Positions 40,266 to 54,423 of a stretch of 64,000 nt of DNA are shown one piece after another; the stretch's first letter is position 1, and every line of letters starts with the position of its first letter. Where the stretch lies: NCBI GenBank assembly GCA_951804945.1, contig OX638151.1:69006001-69070000 (forward strand). Reading direction: 5' to 3'. The DNA comes from Podarcis cretensis. Its lineage: Eukaryota. Position numbers and translations under genes: made by a program. The notes beneath the pieces were generated by a model, which was given only the letters and a program-made list of their open reading frames with translations, was not told the DNA's origin and searched no databases.

Positions 40266-40405
40266 GGTTCATAGCTCACTCGGTAGGGCATGGAACTCTT
40301 AATCTCAGAGTCATGGGTTTGAGCCCCTTGTCGTACAAAAGATTCCAGCAGTGCAACCAGATGACTCTTGTGGTCCCTTCCATCTCTGTGAGTCTATGAT
40401 TCTAT
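40266..40405 (+). mobile_element. tRNA-Lys(CTT)-derived SINE with CR1-type tail
   Basis: Head tagctcactcggtagggcatggaactcttaatctcagagtcatgggtttgagcccc; tail agatgact...ggtcccttcca...ctatgattctat. Confidence 0.75.
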
Positions 40406-40597
40406 TAGTGATACAGAAGCCCTGGCTGTCTTTAGATCTTTTCAGCACCAGGATAACTTAAGAATGAGCTTTATGCAGGTTGTCAAAGGGCCTATTCAAC
40501 CACCCCTTTTATTGCGCATCCGTGATGATTTATGCTCATGATGCCATGAGGGCAGGCATACATGATCTTTACATTCCACCTTGGTATCTATTTAACA

Positions 40598-40687
40598 CAT
40601 AGCTGTCAACGTTTCCCTTTTTTTAAGGGAAATTCCCTTATTCTGAATAGGATTCCTCACAAGAAAAGGGAAAAGTTGACATCTATG
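40598..40687. mobile_element. 90-bp hAT-type MITE
   Basis: ~24-bp TIR CATAGCTGTCAAC.../...GTTGACATCTATG; 8-bp TSD ATTTAACA at 40590-40597 and 40688-40695. Confidence 0.85.
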
Positions 40688-42124
40688 ATTTAACATGGAG
40701 GCAAATTTGAATCCACCCTTCCCTAAGTACTTGTTTTCTGACACAAGGCAACTAAGAGGGCAATCCTACGCTCCCCTGGAGAGTGGCCAAGAGGTTGCAG
40801 AATACGGTGAACCTCCTCTTCTGCAGATGGAGAGGGTGATCCATGGTTGGATACCTTCCCTGTGCAATCAAATAAAACTCTACTGCCATTGCTGATACAC
40901 CCTCATTAAGGGTCAAAACTGGGTGTCCCAGGCCAGAGGCAAGTTTGGGAAGTCCAATGCCCCTCCTAGGACATGGCTCTAGAATGGGTCAGAAACTACA
41001 TCAGCCTTGTATCTGGTTCAGACATTTCCCCTCCCACTGGAACAAACTGAAGGGAAAATATCCTAAAAAGGAAAAACAACAGTGGGGAGGGGGGAATGTT
41101 GCTCCCTTCCATCCTTCCAGGTATGAGCCCTCCACCACTATCTCCCTCTTCCCCCAACCTTCATAGGGTTGCATTTGCTAGAACTTTTGGGGGTTCTGTG
41201 GCCCCTTGGGAAATACAGCACAGCAATGCATTTGTTTCAGCTAATGAATGTTGGGCTGTGCAGGGACCAAGGTAATATTTGATGTAATTCCCATTACTTT
41301 GAAACACGTTTCCCTTCAGTGTTATTTAGAGATTGCAATTCCCCAAAGATACAGCTTCTGACAGCCATTCTAAATTTTTTAGCACCTGGGGAGTCAAATT
41401 ACAATAAATCTCATAAAAATCCTAGCTCCGAAATTGAAATGAATAATGGTATTTAGAAAATGTGATTTAGATGTCTGGATAGATCCGCTCGTACATTCTA
41501 ATCGCCTCCCACAAGTCTGCCTGTCTGTGCTTGCATGCTGTTCTTTTGCATAATATAGCCATTCATGTGGGACTAGCCTAAAAGTTATTTCTGGACTATT
41601 AATATTTATGAGGTTTGGTGGGGCTATTGCTCTTGCTTTAGAGGCACCTAATGTAACAGGGCAATTAAAGGACTAATGCAAAGGCGGAATGCCTTTCTAT
41701 AACACACACAAAACAACGTAATATCGGCATCCATGGCTTCACTGCTTCCTTGTTTCCAAATCCCCAGTACTCCAATACTTTTGCTACATGAGCACGAAGG
41801 AATAATCATGTGGCTTTATGACATATTTTATGGTGACTCACAAAATCTAAACACAAAGTTAGATACTTACCTTTATTTCCTTTTCCTCTCTTTATCTTGT
41901 CAATAGATTAGGCACTTTGAACTTACCCTTCTTTCCCCAAAAGCATCATCTTATACTGCTATGCTCAACAAATCTTCCTGGTTTGGGGAACACCTTTTTA
42001 GGCATCATGGGTGACTGGGGTTGGAGGTGAGGCTAGAGAAGTGCTGCTGACATAGTGTTGTCGGGAAACAACAGAGCTGCGTTAACAAGAAGTTTCTTGC
42101 TCAGCACCTGCCCCTGCCTTTAAC

Positions 42125-42250
42125 TCACTAAGTGAGTTCAACTCTCTCCATTTCAGTTTCCCATCTACAATATGGGGGTGATAATATAATGATGTATGCA
42201 CAAAGCCACGTAATGTATGTGTAAAAGAGCACTTTGGAATTCAAATGAAA
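42125..42250 (+). mobile_element. CORE/MIR-like SINE remnant
   Basis: Core-like tcagtttcccatctacaatatgggggtgataata. Confidence 0.4.
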
Positions 42251-45200
42251 TTTAATAGGCCCACTTAAGAAGCAATGATAAAACTGTTTTCTAAGAGGGC
42301 ATGCTAAATTTCCTTTGATGTCAATAGTAATATAACAGAGCTAATCGAGAAGAAGGAATTGAGACTTGCACACGCAGCATACCCCTCAACTGTCTGGGGA
42401 AAACCAGGACATCATGTTCTTTCACGTGAGAGGACAGTGGCAATTTTGGGTGCCACAATCTCACTCCAAAAAAAGCGTGGCCCCAGAAGACAGTGTCCCA
42501 GTTTTTCGCCTTGACGTGTTAGAGGGTTTGACCAGTGCTTTTTTTCTGGAGATACTCAAGGGTTAAAATTGTGGCACTTACTGTAATAACTTCATAGTGG
42601 GTAGCAGCCATTTTTTTCTAGAAGAAAAGCACTAGGTATGACACTAGGTCTTGCTTTGAATCCAGGTGTGCTTGTACACATGCACATTTTCCTTTCCTAA
42701 CCTAAAACATGACCAGTTTAAAGGGCCCTAATAGTTTAAAGGCTCCAATGCCTTTCTAGGTTTTCCTGTTTTTTAACCTGGGAACTTCCAGCTTCTCTGA
42801 GAAATGTTTGGAAGCTTTCAGCCATAGTGGCAGGTGGAAGTGGACCACTGCAGCTCTTTTATTTCCAACCTTTGCAGGCAGCTTATTAGAAAGGGAGGTT
42901 TTGCAGAGCTGGAAAAAACTCCCTGCTTTTATCCAGGTGGTTCTATGGGGGGAGATTTATTATGGTAGTTAACACATTCACAGGTAGGTCATGGCTGGAT
43001 TCATATTATTCAGCTATTATCTCTGGGGACTCCTCTATCCTCTTTTGTAACTCATTTCGGACCATCCTCGTTAGAGAACGCCCTGGCTCTCTGCCAGACT
43101 GCCCCAAAGTGTTAAACTCTGTTCCCAGTGGGAAAGCACAATTATAACACACTGCCACAGGGCTTAGCATTTTGTGTTCAGCTTTTCAAGCCAGTTAATG
43201 AGTTCAACGGATGTGCAAGCCACCCTCCATTCCCCATATGTGACATGAGGAAGGATACATTTATGGTGCGGCAAGAGAAATCAGCAAAAGGAAACCATAC
43301 GTGAATCTTATGGTTCTTACCTGATTGCTGCTTCTCATTAAAAAGGGAAGAGGAGAGTTTATTATCTGTCCATGTTTGATGGCAGCTAATAGCAGCTAGC
43401 AATGTCTCACGACTGCATTGCCCTCCTGCAAGTTACCAAGGCAGGGGGGTTTCAAAGCAGCTGGGAGCTCAGCACAGTGCAGGATCAGCGCCAGAAATGT
43501 CTGCTGCTTTGCCAACACAATGCAGAGCTTGGTCAGAGGCAAAGGTTAGCAGGGTCAGAAGCTAAAGTGGATGTGACAATTTGCTTTGTACTGTAGGCTA
43601 CATTCCATCCCCACAATAGCCAAAGGTTTCTGCATCTCTCCAGCCAGGCAAGGAGGAGCATTGCCACTGTTCAAGGACACGTTCCAACCTTACAAAAGCT
43701 CTCAAGGAGAGATTGGAGCAGGGGCAGAGAGAGGTGGAGCTTGGGGGTGGGGCATGGCCTGCCCCGAGGGCTGTATTCAGCCTGTGGACCTCCATCCCAG
43801 TTCTATACGTGACTTTTCCACCTTGTGGTTTTCTCTCTCCCATCAGTGTCACCGGCATGTTTTTCGAATTGCCTCTTAACTGCTAGCGACACCATCTATT
43901 TCTTCTTCATTAACCTTAGATGGCCCCATCCCAGAAACCTCATCATGCTTCCTGACAAAATTGTCTTGCCATGTGCTGTAATTGCTGCCATAATGCATCT
44001 TTCAAATTCAGTGCAGCAGCAAGACATTGTGATCCACCACAACACTCAGGAACAGAAATATGCACCAGTATAAATTGGTCGCTTTCCAACTTTCAACCTG
44101 CAATGAACTCTTTCCATGGTGACTCATCATTTGCTGGGGAACACACACACACACACACAATGCCCAATAAAATTGAAATAAACCATGGTAACTGTTAATT
44201 CTCCTCCACCTACTGGCTTTGGAATTAAGTTCAGGAGCAGCCTTCATAGCTGGCTGTAGAGCAGTGCTGCAACCAAGAAGCTGTGGAGTAACAGTAGATG
44301 AGGCAATACAATGAAATTTGCTTGAATCTGAGATTTCAAAGACAGAATTAACATCCGGGGGGAATTTCCAGCTGGAGCCTTTAGGGTGCTGTTGAACTAG
44401 ACTGCACAAGGAAACAGGCAAAAGTGATAAAGTCCTATGCAAGTACAGATTGCCTTGAGTTCTGGAACAGGGAACTCGGGCATCACAGTGGGAATGCAAA
44501 ACTTGATCTGGAAAGAATCTTACCAAAGGCATAACAGAAAATGTGTGCAATGGTGGCAAAGACAGGTGTGTGTATTGAATAAAGGGAAAGAGTTCAAGGC
44601 CCCCCATTCCCTAACAGATTGCAAGACACCCAAGGAAGCCACTAGATCTAGTACACAGTGTGTGAACCCATTCAGACACCTTGTCAAGAAGGAGGGCAGG
44701 GAGGGAGATAACCAGAGGGAAGAAAGATCACCCTTTACTCCAAGGCTAAGGTTTCATCCCCTTTTCTTCCTCTCACCTCCTTCAAACCCCCGGAAATGTT
44801 GAACCCCAAACCTGACTGCTGTTTATTTACATTTCATGTTTGTGCATCTGCTTTTGCCCTAAGCTTGTGTTCTGCAGATATGTCCTGTCTCTCAGAAGTG
44901 TGAATTCATATTTTAAATGAAACATTGTTATTAAGTTCTAGTTTTATCATTTTTAATGCAGCAAATAGGTAGGAAGTTCATCCTTGGAGAGAACATCAAA
45001 TGAACTCTGAAGCTAGAAATGCTTTTGTAGTTAATTAATTTAGGATATCACTACATCCATGATGTAAAATAGGCAACTTTTATGTTTTTGATCTTGCATG
45101 CTCAAGATGTAAACATGAGTGTTGTAAAGAGGATGTAATTAAATGTTTGCCTGCCTAAAGGAAAGAGGAATTCAGATATAGCATCAGCAACATTCTTAAA

Positions 45201-46125
45201 GCAGTCAGCTAAGCATGTGACTGTATTAAGGATGGAGGAAAATGTGTCTTGGATTAAGAACGTAAGAGCCCCAGTGGATCAGGCCAACTAAACATAGTGG
45301 TTAAAAAAAATGAATTGTGCAAAGAGCTAATAGAGAGATATTATTATCAATCTGTCAAAACAGAGCTCTGGGGCAATCAATGAAACAAATTCTGTTAGCC
45401 ATAATAAATCAGAAAGGGGCTTCTGTGTTCAAAGGCAGTACATTTCTGATTAAGAGTGGCTGGAGACACACAACTGAAGATGGTATTTATTTCCAATGTG
45501 CTCTGTTTGTGAATGCTTGATCAGATGGACTCTGATTTGATCCAGCAAAGCCATCCTCCAAGACAACAGACAGCAACAAAGTAGGTTTGCCATAGCTTCA
45601 CCTTCTAGGGAGGCAGAGTTCATCCTATAGTTCCTAGACAATGCAGAACACTGCAGTATTTTTTTTTTTTAAGCCCCAAAATCTCTTCTTCTTCTTCTTC
45701 TTCACATGCTGCCTTCTTTCCCCTTTCTCCAGGGAATGTATAGTTATTTGTATATGGTTTGTTCATTTGATATGTTCTTCTGTTCTGGTGGGATTTTTAT
45801 TGTACATTGCCCTGAGCTCCTTCTAGAAGGAAGGCAATTCAGATTTATGATATGTAAACAACTTTAAAAAATATAATAAGGTCCAGTCAAAAAATTGAGT
45901 TTGGATCAAAAATAATTCAAAAATTTGCTGGTGTGTATATTTAATATCATCTAAGCAACATATCAGAAGGTTACTACTTTTTCTTAAAACTGTTGATTCT
46001 CAGTACTGTCAGAAAAGGAAAAAGCCATGCAAATTAAGACAAAATCAAGATGTCCTGAGCCATTTTTTTCATCAAAACTTTATTTTGACAAAATTGAAGC
46101 CATCCTTACTAATTAGCTTCAGTTG

Positions 46126-46131
46126 TTTATT
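46126..46131 (-). terminator. Candidate distal polyadenylation signal (AATAAA) of CLVS2
   Basis: AATAAA on - strand at the end of an AU-rich, UTR-like block containing TATTTATTGTA and GTGCCAAA. Confidence 0.45.
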
Positions 46132-48039
46132 TTTGTTCAAATATATATTGTTTATATAAACAGTGAAAAGGTTTGTTACAACTTTTCAAAGAGTCTTGCG
46201 CGAATAAATGAATATGAAACATTCTATTCCATGTACTTATACTGATCAGTTTTGGCACAAATGTAGTACAATAAATATACGTTCTTCCCAGTCAGTACAG
46301 TGAACAAGAAAAAAGATCTCTCTCAGCAGAACTCTCATTAGCAACATGGATTTGGTCCAATTCCTAGATTCAATCACAATACAATTTTACCCTGTCAGTT
46401 TCATAAGGAGGGTCATTCTTATAAATGTGCCTGCTATTTAATATCGCCTCGGGGCACCTGGCAGGCCTCAAACATTTCCTAATGTGATAAATACCACCTG
46501 GCACCATGTGGAGGTGCATTTTATAAGAACAGTCACCAGGTGAAATTGAAAAGGTAATGTCATTATGTGGTAACTTTCTCGTCAAAAACGAACATGGGAA
46601 TGTGGTCCCTGCCTCATCTGAAAACTGGCTGGCTTTTAATAACACTGGAAAATAATCAGTTCCATTTCCCTCTCTGAATTAACTGTCCAGTGTTTTCTTT
46701 TTAAAAAAAGATTATTCTTTCTCTTTCAAATCCAGCATGTATAGCTCTAGGTAACTTGGCTGCAATATGGTCTACACAAAGCCATTGTAAATTGTCGGCA
46801 TCATTCGCTTTCCATTCTTAACCCCATCCTAGTCAAAAACGTCACATGAACAGGTAGCACAGACGTATAACACAAAAGAGAGTGACTGTGAAAGGTGCTT
46901 CTGGCTGCAATCCCACATCCACTTACTTGGGAGAGTAAGCCCCATTGAGTTCAATGAGGCTTACTTTTGAGTAAGGTATATGAAGGATTGTACTGCATAT
47001 CACACAGAGACCAAAATACATAATGTTAGATGTGTATATAAAAATAGCACAAATGCCAGTGCTATTAGTAATCTAATCACTACAGACTAGCAGTGCTCAA
47101 CTAAGAGTATGGACAAGTCATCCAACATTTCCTTTGTGAAAACATTTGCCTGATTTGCACCATTTTTCGACAGAACAGTTACCCTGAGGTGCATTTTCCC
47201 TTTTTTGTGATGAAGTTTCCACCATCTTTATGTGATGGGCCAATGATAAATGTTTCCTACAATTTTCTAGGGTGTTGTTAATTCTCAATCGGACCACGTG
47301 GAGCAATTTCAGGAAAAGAATTGGGAAGTTACCAGCTTGACTTTTTCCACCAGCCTCAAACATTAATTGGCAAAGAATACAGATCTGAAATCTGCATGCA
47401 TTTAGGCCTCAGTCTCTATTTTTCACCTGAAGAACGGTGACACAAACAACAACAAAAATATTGATATAATGCCAGCACAATATGATAAGCAATGCTTTGT
47501 GCATCTTTATATATCTAACAGGCACTACTATACACATTAATATGGCACTTTACAGTACATCTCAAAGCTTTAAAAGAAATGAAATCTCATTAGCTTGATT
47601 TCATGTTAACATATTTATGCTTAATGTTGTCATCCATGTTAATGCCATATCAGTTGCTATCAAGCATCTAATCCAAAATAAAACCACAAAACTGCCTGGC
47701 TGTAGTTTCTGCCTCTGGTCTCATAATCTTCTAACAAATCTTAGAAGCCTGTTGATGGCAACAAACCAAAAGGTAGAGATTTGGCATGAGCCAGTCAAAA
47801 TTCAGATATTTCATTCAGAACAGTAAGCATGTACTTAACTTAGGCTGAAATGTGACCTTGTTTCAAGGGGTTTAGTAAACCCTTTGCTACACATAAACTA
47901 GATGTGGTAATAAAAACAATGGCAACAAAGTCATGATTTGCACTGAGATTTAGCAGTCACAACCCAATAGAGTTAGAGACCCTAACACAGCTGCCACCCA
48001 CAACATTGGTGACCAATGTTGATTGGTGACCAATGTTGA

Positions 48040-48737
48040 TGGAGGGTGTGGCGGCAGGATGGCGCGTATGCATATCTGCTGGGGACCACCACTGTGAGGA
48101 TGGAATCATTGCCATGGCAGAGGTCCCAGCTGTGCCCTGAGGGGCAGAAAGCTACCATTCTCTCCAGAATGTTTGGGGTTATTAAAAACCACAATAATAG
48201 AAGCTTAGCTAGAACTGGAAAAGGTACTACCAAGGTACTACCAAGACCAAGAGGATGCCAGAATGGGTAACAAGCAGTCAAGGAAGTAAAATGGAAGTGT
48301 TGTCGAAAAAAGGAATGCGAACTTTGGCAAAAGAAATGCAAGTAGACAATAATGGATGGAAGGAAAATAATTTAAGAAGCATGTTGTTAAAAATGTTAAA
48401 CCCAACAATCCCCAAGAAGAAAAACACCAGGAGCAGAGAGGTAATTGGATGTTTAGACAGCAAAGGAGTCAAAGGCCTGCTAAAATAGGAAAAGGAGACC
48501 GTAGAGAATCTGAATGAATTGTTTGCATCTGTTTTAACTGTGGAAGATGTAAGGCAGATCCCTGTGCCTGAACTAACTTTCTCGGGAAGGGAGTCAGCAT
48601 CTGAGGCAGTGGTGACAAAAGATGAAATCGTAGGCTTTTCTAAGAAATAAAATGAACAACTCACTGGGTCAATGTGGAATCCCCCCAAGAGTTCTCTCAA
48701 ATGTGAAATTGCTGGTCCTGTAACAAAAATATGCAGC
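48040..48737 (+). mobile_element. Degraded CR1 LINE internal fragment
   Basis: REVIGCLDSKGVKGLL, LNELFASVLTVED and a degenerate SPGP..IHPRVL linker. Confidence 0.75.
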
Positions 48738-50494
48738 ATGTGTTCTTATGCGAGATTTAGGTGCTGAACTCCAGGCCATGGCTGGAGATATCCATGATGT
48801 GATATTCAAAACAATCACTTTGCCAAGGATCTAGCTCTCAGTATGTTTTAGTTTATAATTCAGGCAAACATGTAAAATAGATACAGGAGGTTCCTAAACT
48901 GCTTTTGTGGTTGTACCCAAGGATGGCTCAACTGAGTAAGATTTTATCATGTCCTGTATTCCTTTAGATCACCGCTATCAAAGGGGCTGGCTTTCTCATT
49001 TAAAGGACCTTTTCTACTGGCATCATAAGCCTTCTTGAATTCATAAAAGGAGGAAGCCTGCTTAGGAATAAGCTATTAATTTCCCTCACCCACCTCTGAA
49101 AATCTGCTGCTGAATTAATTTGTGGCTATGGGACATACAGTGCACCTAGAATCTGCTGGTGCTCTCTGAAGACCCGATTTTGTACAGCGAGAGTACTTCC
49201 TTTGGAACATATCAGTTTATTCTCAGCAAAATATGGAGGTTGAATTATGCAAAATCATGGTGTTACCTCCTGAGAGGACTATCTGAGTGTTCATTACAGC
49301 AATAGCTGAATTAGACATCGGGATGCATTTCAGAAATTGCACATAGAGACAAGAATTCAAATGCAAAAATAGTACTAAAACGAGCCACTTAGTATACAGA
49401 GGTTTCATGAGGTAAGATTGATTTTTCCTTTATGAAGTTTCATGAAGATTGCAAAAATAAGAACCTTTAGAGATGCCAACCTATACTCACTTTCTATACC
49501 TAATATCCAATGAGTATACCTGGATGGGATTGTGCTGTTAAAAGTGAGTTACACTGCAATTCTAACCATGACTACTCAGAGGTAAGTCCTATTGAATTCA
49601 GCTTATTCCCAGGTAAGTGAGGCCAGGATAACAGCCTTAATGAAATTCAGCTTTTGTAAAGTGGAATTAATAAAGCTATGCTCAGTCACACCAGCAGCAG
49701 TTCTGTCTGTGTACATTCAGAAACTGTCAACTGTGGCTTAAGCACCGCTGACTTGACTGAGCTTAAATATGGAACATGTTAACTCTGGGCAAATTAGTTC
49801 TGACACTGCAAGAAAAAAGATCTTTTTATTGCTCTAAATGAGAGTGAATCAACCTATGAAATAGACCCACCTATAATCCATTTCATGACAGCATATATAT
49901 GGAAGGAATCATGGGGACAGGCCCTAGTGATACAAAACACAGTATTTGAGGCTTGAATTCATTTATCCCCTGCCCCCTCAGAAAAACCCTAGTCTTTCTG
50001 AATAAAAGCTTTTTGCCAGAGAACAAGGATTTATAGGGAAACAGATGGTGCCCTGGCATACATATGGTCCTGAAAGGATAGCTCCTGTAGCTCATAATGA
50101 AGTGAGCAGGCTGTCCCACTCAACAAAGCCTTTGCTTAGCTCTTTCCGTACTGCCTCAGCCAGGATATTATTGGACAATGAGAAACTGACTGTAGCATAA
50201 TTCCAGGGTTCCTGGAGCTTCCTATCTCTATCAACTTGTATGTATTTGGCAGATCTCAAATCTTCAGACTTCGGAGCGACTAACATACCATATGACACAA
50301 CATCTCCCGACTCTAACCACCAGAAGGATCATTCATTCACCACCTACCCAGATCTATGTACACAACACAGTTCAAGATGTACCACAAATGCCATTATTCA
50401 TTGCACACATATAATTTCAGAGCCATGCATTATATGTTGCTGCCAATCTGGTTTGATGAAATTGCATAATAGGTGAGCTGATCTCTTAACTGGA

Positions 50495-50866
50495 TTCCAT
50501 AGGCCAATTGGCAGACCAACGCTGTGCTATAAAGATGTCTGTGAACATGACATGAAATCTGGCAACATAAACCCCGCTCTTTGGGAATTCCTTGCAGATG
50601 ACCGCAGTGCCTGGAGACAGGCAGTCAAGTCATGTATCCATAGCATAGGAGAAATGACTTCTGGGAGGATCACAGAGAGAAGAAACGCCATGGTGCATCT
50701 GCAACAGAACAACCGGACGTCACTATCTGCCCCAGCTGCAACAGACCATGTCTCTCCCACATCAGTCTCTACAGCCACAGTAAGTGTTGCAACCTGCCAA
50801 CAGTTTGATCTCACCAGTAAAGGAACACTCGTCCATTGTCTCCCAAGACAGACGGGTGCCAACTAC
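50495..50866 (+). mobile_element. RTE-clade LINE 3' fragment (not BovB)
   Basis: RPIGRPTLCYKDVC..DMK..WE.LADDRSAWRQAV followed by a C-terminal CPSCNRPCLSHISLYSH zinc-finger-like motif. Confidence 0.75.
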
Positions 50867-51203
50867 AGGTGTGTTTCATTTTTGTTTTCAACACCAGACT
50901 CTTTTTTTTGTGTGCTACACCAAGGCAGAGTCCTCTTGTCTGGCATTGCTACAAATGTCTGCATCTGCAGTTAAGCTTATCCACTATAGAGCTAAGAACA
51001 AATTAGCATTTCATTTTGCCTAGCATGTTTTCTGTTCCAAATTGTCTAACTCTTATCAGTTTGGAAGCATAAGGATTCCAATCATTAAACAGCTTGCTCA
51101 TTCCTATGGAGCCATGCAAAAAGGTATTAGAGCTATACAGGAAACTTCTAAAGTTAGAGACCCGAGCTTCAATTGAGAAATAACACATATCTAATCAAAT
51201 TAC

Positions 51204-54200
51204 CCCTTCATGGATCACTGCCTTGCTGTGGCGAAGGGGCTTGAATAACTCAGAGAAGCTATGAACTATGCCGAGCTGGGCACCCAAGATGAACAGGTCG
51301 TAGTGGAGAGTTTTGACCAAACGTGATCCACCTGGAGGAGGAACCAGCAAGCCACTCCAGTATCCCTGCCAAGAAAACTCCATGGACAAAGACAACAGGC
51401 ATATAAAAGTTATGACACTGGAAGATGAGCCCCTCAGGTCGGAAGGTGTCCAACATGCTACTGGGGAAGAGCGGAGGACAAGTACAAGTAGATCCAGAGC
51501 TGATGAAGCGGCTGGGCCAAAGCTGAAAGGACGCTCAGTTGCGGATATGCATGGAAGCGAAAGGAAAGTCCAATGCTGTAAAGAAAAATATTGCATAGGA
51601 ACATGGAATGTAAGAACCATGAACCTGGGTAAGTTGGATGTGGTCAAAAATGAGATGGCAAGAATAGATATTGACATCCTGGGCATCAGTGAACTAAAAT
51701 GGACGGGAATGGGTGAATTCAGTTCGGATGACCATCATATCTACTACTGTGGGCAAGAAACCCGTAAAAGAAATGGAGTGGCCCTCATAGTCAACAAAAG
51801 AGTGGCGAAAGCTGTACTGGGATGCAATCCCAAAAATGATAGAATGATCTCGATACGAATTCAAGGCAGACCTTTTAACATCGCAGTAATCCAAGTTTAT
51901 GCACCAACTACTGGTGCTGAAGAAACTGAAATTGACAAATTCTATGAAGATTTACAAGACCTTATAGAAGTGACACCAAAGAAGGATGTTCTTCTCATTA
52001 TAGGGGATTGGAATGCTAAAGTAGGGAATCAAGAGATAAAAGGAACAACTGGCAAGTTTGGCCTTGGAGATCAAAATGAAGCAGGGCAAAGGCTAATAGA
52101 GTTCTGTCAAGAGAACAAACTGGTCATCACAAACACGCTTTTCCAACAACACAAGAGACGGCTCTACACGTGGACATCACCAGATGGGCAGCATCGTAAT
52201 CAGATTGATTATATTCTCTGCAGCCAAAGATGGAGAAGCTCTATACAGTAAGCAAAAACAAGACCTGGAGCTGACTGTGGCTCAGATCATCAGCTTCTTA
52301 TAGCAAAATTCAAGCTTAAACTGAAGAAAGTAGGAAAAACCACTGGGCTAGTAAGATACAATCTGAATCAAATCCCTTATGAATACACAGTGGAAGTGAG
52401 GAACAGGTTTAAGGATTTAGATTTGTTGGACAGAGTGCCTGAAGAACTATGGGTGGAGGCTCGCAACATTATACAGGAGGCAGCAACGAAAACCATCCCA
52501 ATGAAAAGGAAATGCAAGAAAGCAAAGTGGCTGTCCAACGAGGCCTTACAAATAGCAGGGGAGAGAAGGCAAGCAAAATGCGAGGGAGATAGTGAAAGAT
52601 ACAGGAAATTGAATGCAGATTTCCAAAAAATAGCAAGGAGAGACAAGAAGGCCTTCTTAAACGAGCAATGCAAAGAAATTGAAGAAAACAACAGAATGGG
52701 AAGAACCAGAGATCTGTTCAAGAAAATTGGAGATATGAAAGGAACATTTCGTACAAAGATTACCATAATAAAGGACAAAAGTGGTAAGGACCTAACAGAA
52801 GCAGAAGACATCAAGAAGAGGTGGCAAGAATACACAGAGGAATTATACCAGAAAGATATGGATGGCTCGTACACCACAGGTAGTGTGGTTGCTGACCTTG
52901 AGCCAGACATCCTGGAGAGTGAAGTCAAATGGGCCTTAGAAAGCACTGCAAATAACAAGGCCAGTGGAAGTGATGATATTCCAGCTGAACTATTTAAAAT
53001 TTTAAAAGATGATGCTGTTAAGGTGCTACACTCAATATGCCAGCAAATTTGGAAAACTCAGCAGTGGCCAGAGGATTGGAGAAGATCAGTCTACATCCCA
53101 ATCCCAAAGAAGGGCAGTGCCAAATATTGCTCCAACTACCGCACAATTGCACTCATTTCACACGCTAGCAAGGTTATGCTTAAAATTCTACAAGGCAGGC
53201 TTAAGCAGTACGTGGACCGAGAACTCCCAGAAGTGCAAGCTGGATTTCGAAGGGGCAGAGGAACCAGAGACCAAATTGCAAACATGCGCTGGATTATGGA
53301 GAAAGCTAGAGAGTTCCAGAAAGACATCTACTTCTGCTTCATTGACTATGCAAAAGCCTTTGACTGTGTCGACCACAGCAAACTATGGCAAGTTCTTAAA
53401 GAAATGGGAGTGCCTGATCACCTCATCTGTCTCCTGAGAAATCTCTATGTGGGACAAGAAGCTACAGTTAGAACTGGATATGGAACAACTGATTGGTTCA
53501 AAATTGGGAAAGGAGTACGGCAAGGCTGCATATTGTCTCCCTGCTTATTTAACTTATATGCAGAATTCATCATGCGAAAGGCAGGGCTGGATGAATCCCA
53601 AGCCGGAATTAAGATTGCCGGAAGAAATATCAACAACCTCAGATATGCAGATGACACAACCTTGATGGCAGGAGGAGGAATTAAAGAACCTTTTAATGAG
53701 GGTGAAAGAGGAGAGCGCAAAATATGGTCTGAAGCTCAACATCAAAAAAACGAAGATCATGGCCACTGGTCCCATCACCTCCTGGCAAATAGAAGGGGAA
53801 GAAATGGAGGCAGTGAGAGATTTTACTTTCTTGGGCTCCATGATCACTGCAGATGGTGACAGCAGTCACAAAATTAAAAGACGCCTGCTCCTTGGGAGAA
53901 AGGCGATGGCAAACCTAGACAGCGTCTTAAAAAGCAGAGACATCACCTTGCCAACAAAGGTCCGTATAGTTAAAGCCATGGTTTTCCCAGTAGTGATGTA
54001 TGGAAGTGAGAGCTGGACCATCAAGAAGGCTGATCGCTGAAGAATTGATGCTTTTGAATTATGGTGCTGGAGGAGACTCTTGAGAGTCCCATGGACTGCA
54101 AGAAGATCAAACGTATCCATTCTGAAGGAAATCAGCCCTGAGTGCTCACTGGAAGGACAGATCGTGAAGCTGAGGCTCCAGTACTTTGGCCACCTCATGA

Positions 54201-54423
54201 GAAGAGAAGACTCCCTGGAAAAGACCCTGATGTTGGGAAAGATGGAGGGCACAAGGAGAAGGGGACGACAGAGGACAAGATGGTTGGACAGTGTTCTCGA
54301 AGCTACAAACATGAGTCTGACCAAACTGCGGGAGGCAGTGGAAGACAGGAGTGCCTGGCGTGCTCTGGTCCATGGGGTCACGAAGAGTCGGACACGACTA
54401 AACGACTAAACAACAACAACAAC
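51204..54423 (+). mobile_element. Full-length RTE-BovB LINE (~3.2 kb); EN+RT ORF broken by three lesions
   Basis: BovB 5' end cccttcatggatcactgcc; APE motifs GTWNVR, GISE, GDWNAK, IDYIL; RT motifs QGCILSP and YADD; (CAA)n tail; TSD AATCAAATTAC at 51193-51203 and 54424-54434. Confidence 0.97.

Noticed and set aside
44008-44607. 199-aa minus-strand ORF
   Set aside because: No recognisable domain, runs through a (CA)n repeat, no supporting splice structure
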